In this document: one piece after another, positions 46,501-62,520 of the stretch
How positions within the stretch are numbered: position 1 is the stretch's first letter
Layout of the letters: every line of letters starts with the position of its first letter
Assembly (NCBI GenBank): GCA_951406725.2
Contig: OX597826.1
Span: 60,036,001-60,284,000 of the forward strand
Origin: Octopus vulgaris
Taxonomy: Eukaryota
Direction of reading: 5' to 3'
Length of the DNA stretch: 248,000 nt
The notes under the pieces: model-generated
Database searches by the model: none
Told to the model about the DNA's origin: nothing
The model's input: the letters and a program-made list of their open reading frames with translations, nothing else
Program-made: the position numbers and the translations under genes

Positions 46501-46673
46501 TTCTGTGAATCTTATTTGTATTGTGCAGCTGGACTGCCTCAACGTGAGCCAATCCATATCACAAAGCACTATAAGAAAGGTGTTAAAAATATCCTACTCT
46601 CTATAAACAAGCCACTCTCTCACTCTCTTTCTTCATCTCTCTCGCTTTCTCTCTCTCTCGCTTTCTCTCTCTC

Positions 46674-46728
<55 letters not shown>

Positions 46729-48067
46729 TCCTCTCACCTTAAGTTAATGCACGCCTAGAAAAATTTGAATAAATCGCAGTCATATTTAAATTTACATTTC
46801 AATATATTATTCCAGTCAAATTGTTAATAAATGTGGAATTTGATAAAGTGTTGAATACATTAAATATTATATACATGCAAAAGTTTCTTTAAGAATTACT
46901 AAGGCATATATTGTATTAATGCTGCATTAATACACAGTAGCCTTTCCAGTTATAATATTCACTTCTATTATATAAAATGCTTCACAAATATATTAAAGTT
47001 CTTCGACTACGTACATAGAAAAATATATATACATATACATACATATAATCATTTATGTACATATGTGGACGAAGATATATGAGTGTGTGTGTGTGTGTAT
47101 GTATTTGTGTCCATGTATATGAAAATCCCTAAATCTTTATACAGATTGGGCTATAATGATGGGAGAATTATGTAATACATATATTTGGTACTCTAAGATA
47201 CTAGCATTTAAAAAGTGTTCCATCATTATGGCTCACCCTGGATATATCTATATAAATTAGTTCATCTACACAGTATATGGTTACGAACGACTAATAATTT
47301 CATACGTTGGAGATGTTGTCTAGGCAGGTTTTTACAAAACGCCTTGTGTCTCCATGCAATATGGACGATACAAGTAACACATCAGGATAACAGAACAAGA
47401 GAAACCATGCGGAAAAACGAGATGAAGGTGGATGAAAAAAGTGGAAGGGTGAAAAAGACGGAAAGAAAAGAAAAAATACATTTACTGGTGGAGAAACAAT
47501 GTAAGGTGTCTTACTTAGATCTGCGATGCAGCTACTCATTCGGTGCGCGGGTGGAGATTGTTCTCCAATTTGTCAAAAGAAATTTGTCCATCTGTTTGCA
47601 TTTGCTGGAAAATATCTGATTTGGAATTCATGAGTACGGTGGAATTCTTCTATCTAAAATCGATATGTAATCTTTCAACTACGCGTAACTTACGTGTTTT
47701 AACATAGCATGAAATTTTTTCTACAATTATCCGCTTGAGTGTATGTGGCGTGGAGTTGGTCTTTAAACCCCATACTTGGTTAGCCAACTTAGTGACCTTA
47801 CTTTTATCCATGTTCCAATCTTTTTCTTTATCCATAACGCAATGTATTTCTTCTTTTCGGCTAGGTTACCATGTCGCGTTACTGCGATTTCTGTGTCTTC
47901 TACTTGGAGAAGTCAGGCGTATCATTAAAACCATAAATACTTTGAAACGATCGTATAGATACATGAATAAAAGTAATTATAGCCCATATTAACATCTCAT
48001 CTCCTCCATTTACGAAAAAATGATTGAATTTGTTGAACTTTATTTTTATAAGTTAAATCTTACACTT

Positions 48068-48161
<94 letters not shown>

Positions 48162-48162
48162 T

Positions 48163-48240
<78 letters not shown>

Positions 48241-51200
48241 TGAGAGATATGGTTCCGTAATCTTAACTCTTTCTACAGCATCTTCAACCATTAAATGAAA
48301 CACTCTCTCCAATTTCATATGTGTATCGTCACATTTAAATATTTCACATACAATCGATTACACAATGACCTGCAAGTTTTTGAGAAATAACATAGTAAAT
48401 ACATACAAAACACCAATATGTATAACAGATAGGAAATAACATTCATCTAAATAAAAAAAAAGTCCGTGCACATACCTTACATCGCCTTTAAATTTTATGA
48501 AACATTCTTCTTTTTCAACAATAAGGGAAAGTTAATGAACCAACTATGAGTTGTTAATAGGGATCTTGACGTGTTATTTACTTTTTTTTGTATCAAAACA
48601 CAAGCAAGTTTGCTGACATAAATTCGACATAATGAACATCTGTCTCAAAATCCCTTCATGAAAGCCCTGGAATTTGGGAAACAAATTCCCCGTTAATATT
48701 TCTCTTGATACCAGGATATAAATCCTATCTATTATCGACACAAGTCCTGAAGTTTTGTGGGGAGAGGGCATTTGATCATATCAATTTAATTGCTTCAACT
48801 GGTATTAATTTTATCGACCAAGGAAATTTGAAAGGTAAAGTTGACCTTGGCGGCATTTGAAATCAAAACGTACTGACGGATGAAATGGCACGAAACATTT
48901 TGCCCGGTCAGCAAACGATTCTGCCAGATCCCCGCCGTTGTTACTAAGATAATGATTCACGCTATTCGATAACTCTAATACTCTGGAAATTCTTACAGGA
49001 TACAAAAGAAAGGGGACTCATCGTTTTTAATTTCTATATTGGTGCCATAAGATAACTGGGTCAATGAACACGTGGCATTTTAAGTTCTAGACACCCTTCA
49101 GAATGTGAACGATGATTATACCAATAACATTGTATGTAGAGGATCTCATTGCAATCTCATAAACCAGAAAAAACAAGATACTTGAATGATTTCGAAACGA
49201 CAAGAATAAAATATCCCAGGAAATCTCTTGAAATATCAAACGTAGCAGCGACATAATCTGAGACCCACTTCGGTCACAACACAGACCATGGGATTGCACC
49301 TAGAAAGTTACCCTCCGAGGCACAAGTCCGAGCAAGGTTGTTTATGGAAGACCAGCAGTCGCCCATGCATACCGACCTCCCCTTTCCACGCCAGTAGTGT
49401 TATCCAAGGGAAAGGCAAAGGCCGATACAGCTTGGCACCTGTGACGTCGCAACTCAGGATCGTAAGCTCGACGCTCTAACCACTGAGCCATGCGCCTTCA
49501 CCAGCGACATAATAGCAGGTAACAGTTTAGACAGATTTATACATAGGTAGTCCGTCACTCAAGGTTGATTTATTACATCTTTACATTCATGTATAGTCCT
49601 GGGCAAGATACTTTGAGGAATACTGATAGCTACCCATGCATGCAAGTTTAACCTTTCCATGCCACCGATGCATATCCAAAGCGAAAAATTTTGGTAGGTT
49701 CAGCGTGGAACGAGTAACGCTGGAGGCAATGCTGTGAAAAAGCAAAAAGTATGAGTCGATTATAACATTTCCAACAATCCACAGTCTTAGACTGGCATTG
49801 CTTTTAGTAGCACCGAAAGAATAAAAGGTAAATTTAATGAAAAGTAGCTTTGAAATGAGAGCCAGGAGAATCGAAACAAACTTCGTCAATGTTTATTATC
49901 GAACGCTCTAGATTTACAGACACACAAATACAAAATGACAAGCGAAGAAACTATACTCAAACACAATAATTGTGATCATAAATAGGAATATTTGAGGGGT
50001 AATATGCAGAGGAGCTTCCAATCTACAGCGGAGCAAAGCAACAACTGCAGCAACAACAACAAAAACAATAATGGAAGCGTCAAGATGCGGAAAGAAGAAC
50101 AGAAAATGGTAACGTGCTATCATATTCAAAGTAACAGATTATTATGGATGCCAATATTCTTATGTATCAGTGTAAATGTAATCTTAAAATATTATCGCTA
50201 TACAAACCAGCATACATTCTTCTATTGTAACAAAAGAAATGTTCTTCCAAAATTGATGAATATTATATCTTCTCGTTTCTCTTGTCTTAGAAAATACCAG
50301 ATTCGCCGAATTTATGCAGGGAACAATCTTCATAGAGTCAGTAAATATAAAACATTTATATCAGCTGTCACAAAATGTTCAATGGTAAACAGCCACATTA
50401 GGTGATAAACAATTTATCATGTGTCGACTAACGACCGGAAGTAAAAGGTAACTGTCGGAATGAGCTAACTAAAAGAATAATGAAGATTTATTAAACATAC
50501 AAACAGAAACCATAGGATACCAGATTACATGTCTTATAGTAACCCACGTTTTGCTTTTATGTTCAATGATCGAATTCCGCTAGTATTCTCTTTGGCATTT
50601 CAGAATTTGTGGATTTGATACAATAAAATGTGATCTTGGTATTTCTTGCCCGACTTAGCTCTGAACTAGCAAAGTTTTGCGTAGTAACTTCCCATTCGTG
50701 TTCATTCAAATAAGTTTTCCAATCAAACTATACCCAGGATTATTATAAGTTAAGTGCCCTCCATTTTTTCAGACCTTTAGTTATGGTAATTTGACAACGA
50801 TTCTTCTCATAGGCGGTAGTTCCAGTAATATAAGGGTCATTGGTTGTACAATTGGGATAGAAAAATTGACCTAGCCCCCTTTGAAAAAGAGTGGTGTTAT
50901 AATCCAATTGGGATAGAAAAATTGACCTAGCCCCCTTTGAAAACCATGTATAATTTGTTTAATGGACAAATTCATTACTGTCCTCGAACTTGCAGAGTTG
51001 CCTCTGTGTGGCGAATGCCTTTTATCATTTTAATAGTGATTTACAACATAACTTCAGAGCGGGGCATTTTGATTGATGGTACAGGTGAATATGACGCCTC
51101 CAATTATCATTTGATATTTATTTTATTGACCCTGAAATGACGACAAGTAAAATTCCACCTCGGTTGAATTGGATATCTAAACCTTAACAAATTTTAACTA

Positions 51201-52225
51201 AGAAGTGAGCGGTTTAACGAGTGAGCTTAAATGTAGAGACTTGGCTCGCAAGAAATAGCAGCTAAATGTTCCTAAATGCACACCATAGAATATTAACGAA
51301 ATACGCATTAGCTGATATAATTCTAGTTGGTCAATATCTGAACATAGCATGGGAACACAACTCTAGTTGTTACAATACCAAAAATCAAACAAACCAGTGT
51401 GAAGTGAATAAACCACCAGTGTGAAGAAACCACTTGATCTTGCGCAGAAGAAATTCGACTGTATATTCTGATTCCTGAGATATATGGGTCTAGTGCAAAA
51501 CATTCTTCATCATTATCGATCGTGGCAACCAGGTAGATATGATCGCTAGAAGATTATTATTATTATGTCATTTTGATTCTTTGTGGGCCAAAAAGAAAGA
51601 CAACTAATAAATATCTACTATATTAAATTCACCTTAGTACTCAATAGCTCTTTGATTCTGAGAACGGAGAAAAGCAAATATTTGAAACCAGTATATAAAG
51701 ACTAACTAAGCACCCCAGGGATCTCTTCGTTTACCTCACAATCGCCATTCCAAACCAATATTATTTTTCATTACAATTATAATTCTTCTTCTTCCTCTCT
51801 CTCTCCCTCTCTTTCTCTTTCTTTCTCTCCCGTTTTGTCTTTCACTCCCACTCGCACACACTTATACGCTAAATCTTAGACATACATATCACACCTGCCC
51901 TCATAGACATTTTATTCCAACATATATATATATATATGATAACGTGAATCTATTTCCTTACATATTCAAAAGTACCACATCTATATATTTGATTTATATG
52001 TTTGACTGTAAATTTACTTGAAGTTATCACAATATTCCACCAATGCTCTGTATTCGATATATCCTGCTGTTCATATTTTACTGATTTATTATCACTTTAA
52101 GCATTATCCAAACAACATTTACTCTAGAAACTACTTCACCATATTTATCATTGAATTGCCTACTTCCCGTTCACCCTGTGTCTGATTGTCTGTCTGTCTG
52201 TCTCACTCTCTCTCACTCTACTCCG

Positions 52226-52261
<36 letters not shown>

Positions 52262-52558
52262 ATATCACACATTCATGCACACGCACACGGTATTGGCGAC
52301 AGAAACTGCATTAGTTCAAAATAGTAGTCTGTAAACCTTCCTTAATGTTGATATACTGCGGAAAGCCACGAGACTATGGTATTCCCAGGTAAGTTCTTTA
52401 TGTTACTGATATGCTTGCCTGAGTTTTAGTAATATACGAGATAAACTATCGAGACGTCTATAGTTATCCTGTGACTTTATGAAATATATTCAGATACAGT
52501 AATATATACAGAAGGATATATATGCCTGGAGTGAATGGGAAAGAGAAGGAGAGGATGG

Positions 52559-52598
<40 letters not shown>

Positions 52599-52603
52599 CT
52601 AGC

Positions 52604-52641
<38 letters not shown>

Positions 52642-53643
52642 CAAAAAAAGGAACAAGAACGTAACAGGCGACAACAAAACATCGGAACAGTTAGACAATA
52701 CAAAGAACGACAGGTCATTTGGAGCTTTCTTTCGTCAGTCGAGTACCAGATCGTCATTGCAGTTTCAGCCGGTTATTCTCGAGACTGCTCCAATCTGTCC
52801 GGCCCCAAGAAAATCTAAGCTAAGGGCACTAGATTCTTTGGAAGAAAGCAAGTGAATGCATAAGAAAACAAGGAAGAAGAATAACGGAGAAATGGTACGC
52901 AATTACAAATACAAATAACAGGACATTAATAACAGGCGTCTTTCGACTAAGGACGAATTAACTTAAGCTGGCGTGTGTGAAAGTGAAGCCTTACGACAGG
53001 AAAATAAGAGACGAAAGTTAAGGGAAGGATTATAAGAGATGATACACGGATGGTAGCAAAACCAAAAAAGAAAAGTCAGGCTTGGCGGAACTCCGATTAC
53101 GTGGAAGAAGAGGAGAAAGTTAGGGGCAGAGGGAGTCAGGAATTAGCGGGGGGACGAGAAAGAGTGAAAAGAAAGGAAAGGGAAAGAATGAGGTAAAGGT
53201 GGAGGAAAAGTGATGAGAATGAAGGGAAGGCCAAGAAATGTGAGAGAGGGGGAGCGAGAAAAAGAAAAGTGGAAAGAACGAAGTAAGTGTGAAGGGAGCT
53301 AAACGAAAGGGTAAAAGAATCGAATATTCTTATGTTCCTTTCTTCCTGTACGTGTTTCAGTCAATAGACTGCGTCCATGTTGGAATACCGCCTTGAATTT
53401 TAGTGAACTGAATCGACCCCAAGTAATTTTCAATTTTTAAGGCTAGTACATATTCTATCGGTCTCTCTTGACGAACGGTTAAGTTACGGTCGTCGTAAAA
53501 ACACTAGCACCAGTTGACAAGCGGTGGTGAAGGAGAAACACCCACCATATATATATGTATATATGTGTGTGTGTGTGTGTGTGTGTGCATGTATATATGT
53601 ATATATATATGTATATACATATATATACATATATATTTATGTG

Positions 53644-53727
<84 letters not shown>

Positions 53728-54375
53728 GAGAGAGTGTGTGTGTGTGTGTCTTTCTATCTGTGTGACAAAGAGAGAAAATGTGAGAGGGAGATGTATGTAT
53801 GATTGTTTGTCAGCCCCATGGTTCCGGGTTCAGTCTCAATACACACACACACACACACATATGCATAGGTGTCTATGTTTCTGCTTGTCCCCTACCATCG
53901 CTTGACAACCGGTGTTGCTGTATTTACATCCCCGTAACTTAGCGTGACAAACCAGCACCTGCTATAAATTGGTTGAGGGAGAAACACAGAAGCACATGCA
54001 ACAGCCATACAGAAATATTGGATTTGTACAAGACCTCTGGCTATTAACATCATTCATATGGCATTGGCCCGACCGGGGTTATTATACAAAGCTCTTGCCG
54101 AAAGTGTGAGGAAAGGAGAAACGAAATGGCTTGAAAGTGATCGTTTTGAACATTGAAGCAGCGCTCAGATACTTTTGTATTTACTTATATAATATGTTCA
54201 GAGAATTCTACATACGCCACTTACAATATTTGTCTATGATTAGAAAAAGTAACTTAACAAAATCTTTATATATCTAAACGTGTATATCTATTAATATATA
54301 TCACTCGATCTTATACACTCTTTACGCTCTTTCTCTCTCTCACTTTTTACACACGCACACAGACACGGAAATCTG

Positions 54376-54471
<96 letters not shown>

Positions 54472-54481
54472 TGCAAATAAG

Positions 54482-54535
<54 letters not shown>

Positions 54536-54681
54536 CATATATATACTGAGAGAGAGATAGAGAGAAATGGGAATAGTTAAATACATGGATAAATAGACTT
54601 GTATATACATACATATATATATATATATACATACATATGTGTGTGTATATGTGTGTATATATAATGTACATATATATAAAC

Positions 54682-54733
<52 letters not shown>

Positions 54734-55189
54734 AGAGAGAGAGAGACGGACACACTGACAGACAGCACATACAGACAGACACAGTACACGAAAGCTATGT
54801 CCAATATTTCATAATGGTACCTTCTTCCTGGATCTGTGACGTACACAAGAAGTGTGATTTAAGTTACATATTTATATGTACGATTTCATAAGTATATTTC
54901 CTGATTCGATGTGCAAGATCAGAGACATCTAAAAGCTTTCTTCCAAACGATACTGCGATAGATTTGCTCTGTCTCTCTGTTTCCTCAGTTTTACCTCTAG
55001 GTATTTTCCTTCAGAATGCTACTGTATTACACGTTTACATCTAAAAGAAACTTTCTGTACATTTCAAACTATTTTGTATGTATATGAGACATTATCTATC
55101 TTCAAACTCTTTCTCTCTCTCTTTCAACCATCTTCATCCGATTCTCACACGTGTATGTATATATTTATATATATGTATCTAAGTGTAAA

Positions 55190-55271
<82 letters not shown>

Positions 55272-56695
55272 TCACGATCTCTTCTGAATTTATCTAAATA
55301 ATAGTATACCAACGTAATTTCGACTTTAAAAATACCTTCTAAGTATTCAAGTAACTGAATCGAATTACGCGTATAACAAATATTAAGATTCACTCTTGTT
55401 AATAGATACATATTCGTACCTGTATGTAATTCCAAAATGCATGTTGCAAGTGTTGCAATAAAATTTGCTTCGTGGGTGCAAAACCAGGTCCAGAGTTTCT
55501 TACAAACACGGACGAATTTTTTTCCCGATTTAATATCGAAACAAACACAAGCACAATAGTAATAATTATTTAGTTTCGAATTTTGGTACAAGGCGAGTAA
55601 TTTCGGAGAAGGGGATAAGTCGATTACATCAACGCCAATATTCAACCGATGCGTATCTCACCGGCCTCGAATGGGACGAAAAAGTCGAAATTGGCGGAAT
55701 TTGAACTTAGAGCAAGTAGACACACGAAATGCCTCCTAGCATTGTGTCCGACATGCTAACAATTCTGGTTACTCACCGCCTTCACAAAAATAATAATCCT
55801 TCCTACTATAGGTACAAGGCGTGGAATTTATGGGAACGGGGAGAGTCAATTACATCGACCTCAAAAGGAGAAATGCAAAGACGAACTCGGTGGAATTGAA
55901 CTGAAAAAGGAACAGGCAGACGAAATGCCGCGAAACATTTTTCCCGGTGTACTAACCATTCTGCCAGTCAGCCGCCAAAAATATTAATAACTCTCTCTAC
56001 TAAAGGAACAAATCATGAAATTTTGAGGGAGGGGACTATTCCATTTCATCGACCCCAGTTTTTCCACTGGCATTTAACTTACCAACCCGAAATGCAAAGT
56101 CGACTTCTGCGGAATTTGAACTCCGGATGTAAAGTTTGACAACACATCAAAGATACATGGAATGCCTCTAATTACCTTGCCCGGTGAGGTAACCATTCGG
56201 CCAGCTAGCCGCCAAACATAATAATAATAATATATGTACCTCAACCAAACCGATTGACCCAATAAGGAAAAAATAATCTTTCAATTCAGGCAAAAATGTT
56301 TCTGCCTTCGTTCGTGTTGGCGATGAATTTTTTACCCTGCATCCATTGTTTCCGAGCCAAGACCAATGAAGTACCTGCTTAAAGTTAAATTATGTAAAAA
56401 TATTTTGCAAGAATGACGGCTGTGTAATATATGTTTAGAGTAATAAATACGTAATATCTTTTTTGTTCCTCTTTCTTTCGCATGTTTCTTATTCTGGATC
56501 CCTTTCTTGGAAAAGATATTGGTTTATTTTTTGAGAGCCACGCTATCAGAAAATAGCATGCATTGGCTTTAGTTGATTACTTGTTTGGTAATTAGGTGTT
56601 GTTATATAAATTAAACATTGCTATTTAACAACACAAAAAATTAAGTGGAACTAGAGAACGTGTGAGGAAATCATTTCCGTGTATATGTACGTATG

Positions 56696-56763
<68 letters not shown>

Positions 56764-57062
56764 GACATACGTATGTGTGTATGTGCGCGTGAATGCATTT
56801 TATATATGTATGCATGTTTGAGTACACAGACACACACGCATACGCACATATACACACACATTTAAACGTGACGCATACATATATATCTCTATTACGTTTG
56901 AGGCTGTGGAGCGCATATATATACACACACACACACACACAGACGCATACACACACATATATATATATATATGCATATAAATACATATACATTCACATTC
57001 AAACACGTATAGATGTATGTATGGTTTAATAATTTAAATATATGTATATGCATATATATTTT

Positions 57063-57095
<33 letters not shown>

Positions 57096-57254
57096 GTCGT
57101 TGTCTATCTATCTCCCCTCCCTCTCTATATATGTATATATAGATATGATATATATATATATATATATACTAATAAACACACACACATGCACGCACACACA
57201 CACGCACACACACACATATATATATATACATACATACATACATACATACATACA

Positions 57255-57287
<33 letters not shown>

Positions 57288-58109
57288 TTATATATGTAGC
57301 TTTGTCTGAAAAATTAACTTGCTGTAGTCTATTTATTTTAATCCTTAACTTTCTGCAATAATTTCAACAAAATAATCAATATTTTATCCTACCGTTGCTC
57401 ACGGCTTCTCGCCAACGTACTATTAGGTTCTCAATGCCTTGGTGTCAGAAATAACAGTTTTGACTGTAAGAATCATAAACTACATGTTCCGCTCCTCGTC
57501 GTTGTTGAACAAAAGGCCAAGCAGCCTGCTTTCGAGCGACAGAAAATGGTCATAATCTTCCCATACCAGGAGGATACGGTATCTCATACAAAATTTCTAA
57601 ATCGAGATCTTGAATAGCATTTTTGTTCAAAAGATTCTTCGGTTTAAGCGAGATTTATATATTTAAGAAATTTACTGAAATCCAAGCCAGAATTGAACCC
57701 ACATATCAACGTTTGCATGGCTACATGCGCATCCGATTGCGCTGAACATCCAATTGTGCTAAATGCATCCGATTTCGCTAAGCATTAACTGCAGCTAAAT
57801 TTATATATATGATTTAAACTGTCTATTATTGTTGTTATTATTATTATTGTTATTGTTATTGTACTAATAAATTTCCACATATGCTTTCTCTCCGTAACTT
57901 AAAGCCTTCTCTTTCTTTTTTTAAGAATATTTTATGTAGTAATTAGGCAGTTCAAATATATATACGTAAAACTTGCCTGAATTTGATAGGTGAGAACTTG
58001 GCCCAATCGAATGCACATGCAGCTGTGTAAGTGTTGATATGTGGGTTCGATTCTGGCAAGTGTTAGCGCATCATTTTTCAGTCAATTTGTTTATATATAT
58101 ATATATCGG

Positions 58110-59100
58110 AGAATAGAATGCCTAACGAAAGTGGAATGCCTAAAGAAAGGAGTGATTGACTGGTTAGTGAGGCCCATTAGTGCTTGTTATATGGCTGGAA
58201 GTGTATCTAAGGACTGGTGAGGTAACTGTATAGTGCCACTGTACAAGGGAAAATGGGATAAATGTGAGTGTGGACATTTTAGGAGTATGTTTGGTAAACT
58301 GTATTGTATAATTCTGATTGTAAGGGTGAGGATCCAGAAATAGAGCGTGCTAGGAAAGGAGCAGTGCGGTTTTAGGAGTGGAAGGGTGTGTACAGATCAA
58401 ATCTTTGTAGCAAAGCAGATGTGTGAGAAGTATTTGGAAAAAGAGAGGGATGTGTATTGGGCCTTTATGGATTTAGAGAAAGCATATAGGGATGCAGTGT
58501 GGCAGGTGTTGCGGTTTTATGAAGTAGATGGCAGATCATTGAGAGCTGTTTAGAGTTTCTATAGAGAAATTAGGGCGTACGTTAGGGTGGGTGGTGAAGT
58601 GAGTGGTTTGATGTGAAGGTGGGGTTAAGGCAGGGTTTTGTAATGGTCTCCGTGGCTGTATCTGTTAAATTTATATAAGGATGGTGTGGTCTAGAGAGGT
58701 GAATGCTAGAACCTTTGGTAGGAGAGACCAAATGGTGGGAGAAAATGGAGAGAAATGGCAGGTGAGTCAGTTGTTCTTGCTGAAGATACAGCACTGGTGG
58801 TGGATTTAGAAGAGCAACTGAGGAGACTGATGATAGAGTTTGGAAGAGTGTGTGACAGGTGGAAACTGAAGGTGAATATAGCTAACAGTATGTTGATGAG
58901 ATGTTCGAGAGATGGAATGTCTGATAGGATGAGTGTGAGTATAAATGGTGTGATGTTAGAGGAGGTGAATGTTTTTTTAGTATCTGGGATCACATGTGAT
59001 AGTGGATGGAGGATGGGGAATTAACGGAAAAGGCGACTAAAATAGATTGAGGTAAGATTTTCATTCCAGCCTCGTAAACAGATCCATGGAGTGGAGGGTT
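58110..59100 (+). mobile_element. RTE-clade LINE reverse transcriptase fragment
   Basis: EQCGFRSGRVCTDQIFVAKQMCEKYLEK...YWAFMDLEKAYRDAVWQVLRFY, then KVGLRQG and AEDTALV...LKVNIANSMLM. Confidence 0.88.
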
Positions 59101-59932
59101 GTCACCTGAGTCGTGCAAAGGTGTAATGTACCATGGGAATCAGCAACATATGGTGGATGCAACGATGCGCTGTTACAACGCATGCCCCCATTCGACTACT
59201 ACAACTGTTTCAATTACGGTTTTCTGTTTTACACACACAGACATATGTGTATATGCCAATATATTTACGCATGCACGTATTTGCAAATGTATTCGTGCAA
59301 ATATCCTTCTGATTCGCAATCATCAGGTGCTCAATACTTTTTATACTAAGTTCGCTTTTACTTATCAATAGATTCAGCGAGCTAGAGTTTCTAACGTGAA
59401 CTGAGAAATAATGGACGAGTGACATCAAAAAATACCCAAGCAAAGAAACCTAACATATGCCTAGAGTTTCGTCTATTGGATATAATTGATCGGTGTAAAA
59501 TATGCCACGATGGAGACGTCTCGGAATTTGATGCCGAGTGCGAACATCGGACCAGACACTTTTTCTCCATACTCTATTCTGCGATGATTTTGAATTTCTG
59601 TGCGATTTTAGAAAAGTTTGCTGAAGATAAACAAGTAAAGTTGCATTTTTGTGTATCTGTAGAAATATTTAACTGTACGTATGTATGTATGGAATTGTTT
59701 ATGACAAATGACTGCTGTTGCTTTGCTTCTTGCTTAACATTTCTTCTTCTTACATACGTAAACATGCTAACGCACACGCTAATGTATATATTTTAGTATG
59801 TGAGAGGAAGCGAGTACCGATCTTAATTTTCCTCACGTTGTTTCTCTCTCTCTCTTTTCTCCCTCCCATCCCCCCCTCTCTCTCTCTCTGAATATATATA
59901 TATGTATATATATATGTATATATGTATATATG

Positions 59933-59992
<60 letters not shown>

Positions 59993-60067
59993 CACACATA
60001 TATACATATAGGTACATTCTCATAGATGTACATAGATGACTGCTTGTGAGTGTGTAAGCATACATTT

Positions 60068-60119
<52 letters not shown>

Positions 60120-60332
60120 TATATTATATATACATACATAAGTATATTTATGCATGTACATTCACAAATACGCAAATATCCATACACTCACATATATATC
60201 TATATATATCATATGCATATATCTGGGAGATGGTAAAGTTGATGTCAATGTCTTTCATAATTAAGTACTTTTTAAAATATTTCATTTTTATATCAATACG
60301 GTAACTTGTTTTAACATCAACATAGTTATCTA

Positions 60333-60372
<40 letters not shown>

Positions 60373-61192
60373 ATGAATTTGATTTTCCCTCCCTTTTGTT
60401 TTTCTTTCTTTTGTATTCTTTTTTTTTTTTCATGAATACTCATCGCTTTTGAAATGGCGCCTTGAAATGCTTCGAATGGCGGGTGTCAAATATTGTTTTG
60501 TCATTCTTGAATTTGTGTGCTATTAGACAAGTTATGTTGTCGCCACTTGACTACGAAAATACATTAAAATACGTTTAGAAAATTTCCTTCGTATAGAAAC
60601 CGGCTATAATGATCAGTTTATGATTTTTTTTTTTTTTTAAGACAAAGTTTATAAAGAATGCAAAAAATATATAATTGCGTGTCCTAAATATGAGCCGCTG
60701 TTGTCAATGCTTATTTAAGGATTTAATATGAACTTGGTGCATATATATTTTATTTTCAACTGAAATACTACACATTTCACAACAGGTCTTTTGACACTAT
60801 TTTCCTCCCAGTAAAACTTGCCCATTTCTTCATTTCCTCTGTCACTATGACATCATCTCTGACTCTTGCCTACTCTGTTTGAATACACACACACACACAC
60901 ACACATACACACACACATATGTGTGATCATATGCCATTACATTCAAACGCACACATATATACATATACGTATATGTATGTGTATATATGTGTGTATGGAT
61001 ATGTATGTATGTATAAAGATATGTATGTATCTATGAATATATTTTTCTACATATATATAAATATAAATATATATGATAAATGGCGGTGATCCAGCATGGC
61101 CACAGCGCGTGAGCTGAAACTAGATAAAATACAAATTTAAAAAATATAGATATGTATATATATATATGTATGCGTATACATATACATACATA

Positions 61193-61290
<98 letters not shown>

Positions 61291-61479
61291 TATAAATACA
61301 GGCAATAGGTTAGTGTTAGATATGCTCAGTATAGAAAACACGTAATCAGATGAATTTGAACTACGACCTCAGCTTCAAGAGTGACTTTAAGAGAAATTCA
61401 AAAATGACTAGATACTGAGTTAATAAGGCAGATAAATACATTTATGTTTCATACGTATCAATGTTACCATGGTATTATC

Positions 61480-62520
61480 TACTGAACAGACTTGATGTTA
61501 TAGCTAGATCACTGTATAACGAGATCTGTGGAAAGGATAACCCTAAGGAGAAATAAATAAGAACTCACAGGATAGTGGAAACCATAGCCACTCATAGCTA
61601 CGCTGGGCAATTGATGAATCTGCAGTTACTCTATCCAGACTACCTAATTATTGAGGTGATTGGATATGTAACACAGTGCCTAAATGCCAATCTTGAGAAA
61701 TTAGGTTTCTCAAAACCAGAAAGGAGGAAGCTGATTCGAAGAGTACAAATCCAATCCATCACTGGAACTGTAAAAGATCTGTAAATTTTCCAGAAGTTTA
61801 TCATTAAATATTTATGAGCATGTCTTGATATGCAACTCTGTGCATGAGAAGACACATCAAACAAAACAAATAAATCTGCACGTATACTTACATACTTATA
61901 AAAATACACTGTTGTTGATGCTAAAATTCCACTGAAGTAGCATTTGATCTAGGCTAGAAACCGACTCTTTCTCTATTGGCAAGTAATCTTGAAATAAAAC
62001 TCTATAATAATATGCGTAGATACATACATTGATACATACATACATGCCTACATACATACATACACACATACATACATACATACATACATACATACATACA
62101 TACATACATACATACATACATACATACATGGATACATGCATACATACATGCATACATACATACACACATACATACATACATACATACATACATACATACA
62201 TACATACATTCATACAAACATACATACACAAATATGCTTCTCAAAACGAGGAAGAATAAAGCTGATTCACAGACTAGAGATCCAAGCCAACATTGGAACT
62301 GTAAAATCTGTAAAACACTCTAAAAATTTGTCATTTAAGTATATAGGAGCATCTCTAGATATGCAAGTGTATTCATGAGAAGACATATACAGAACAAGAC
62401 ATACAAATTTGCACGTATATAAACACACATACAGAAATACCCTATTGCTGATGTTCAAATTCCAATGTAGGAACATTTCTCTATTAGCAAGACATCTGGA
62501 AATAAAATTGAATAATGACA
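61480..62520 (+). mobile_element. Two diverged 3' ends of a REL-class non-LTR element
   Basis: IIEVIGYVTQCLNANLEKLGFSKPERRKLIRRVQIQSITGTVK plus 3' UTR at 61640-61960; a related copy at 62250-62520. Confidence 0.65.

Noticed and set aside
47190-47990. Unique region with several 60-130 aa ORFs
   Set aside because: Every frame is broken by stops, no recognisable domain, no consistent splice signals.
50848-50944. Two 41-bp direct repeats with a 16-bp spacer (CRISPR-like look)
   Set aside because: Only two units, eukaryotic context and no cas genes; a simple tandem duplication.
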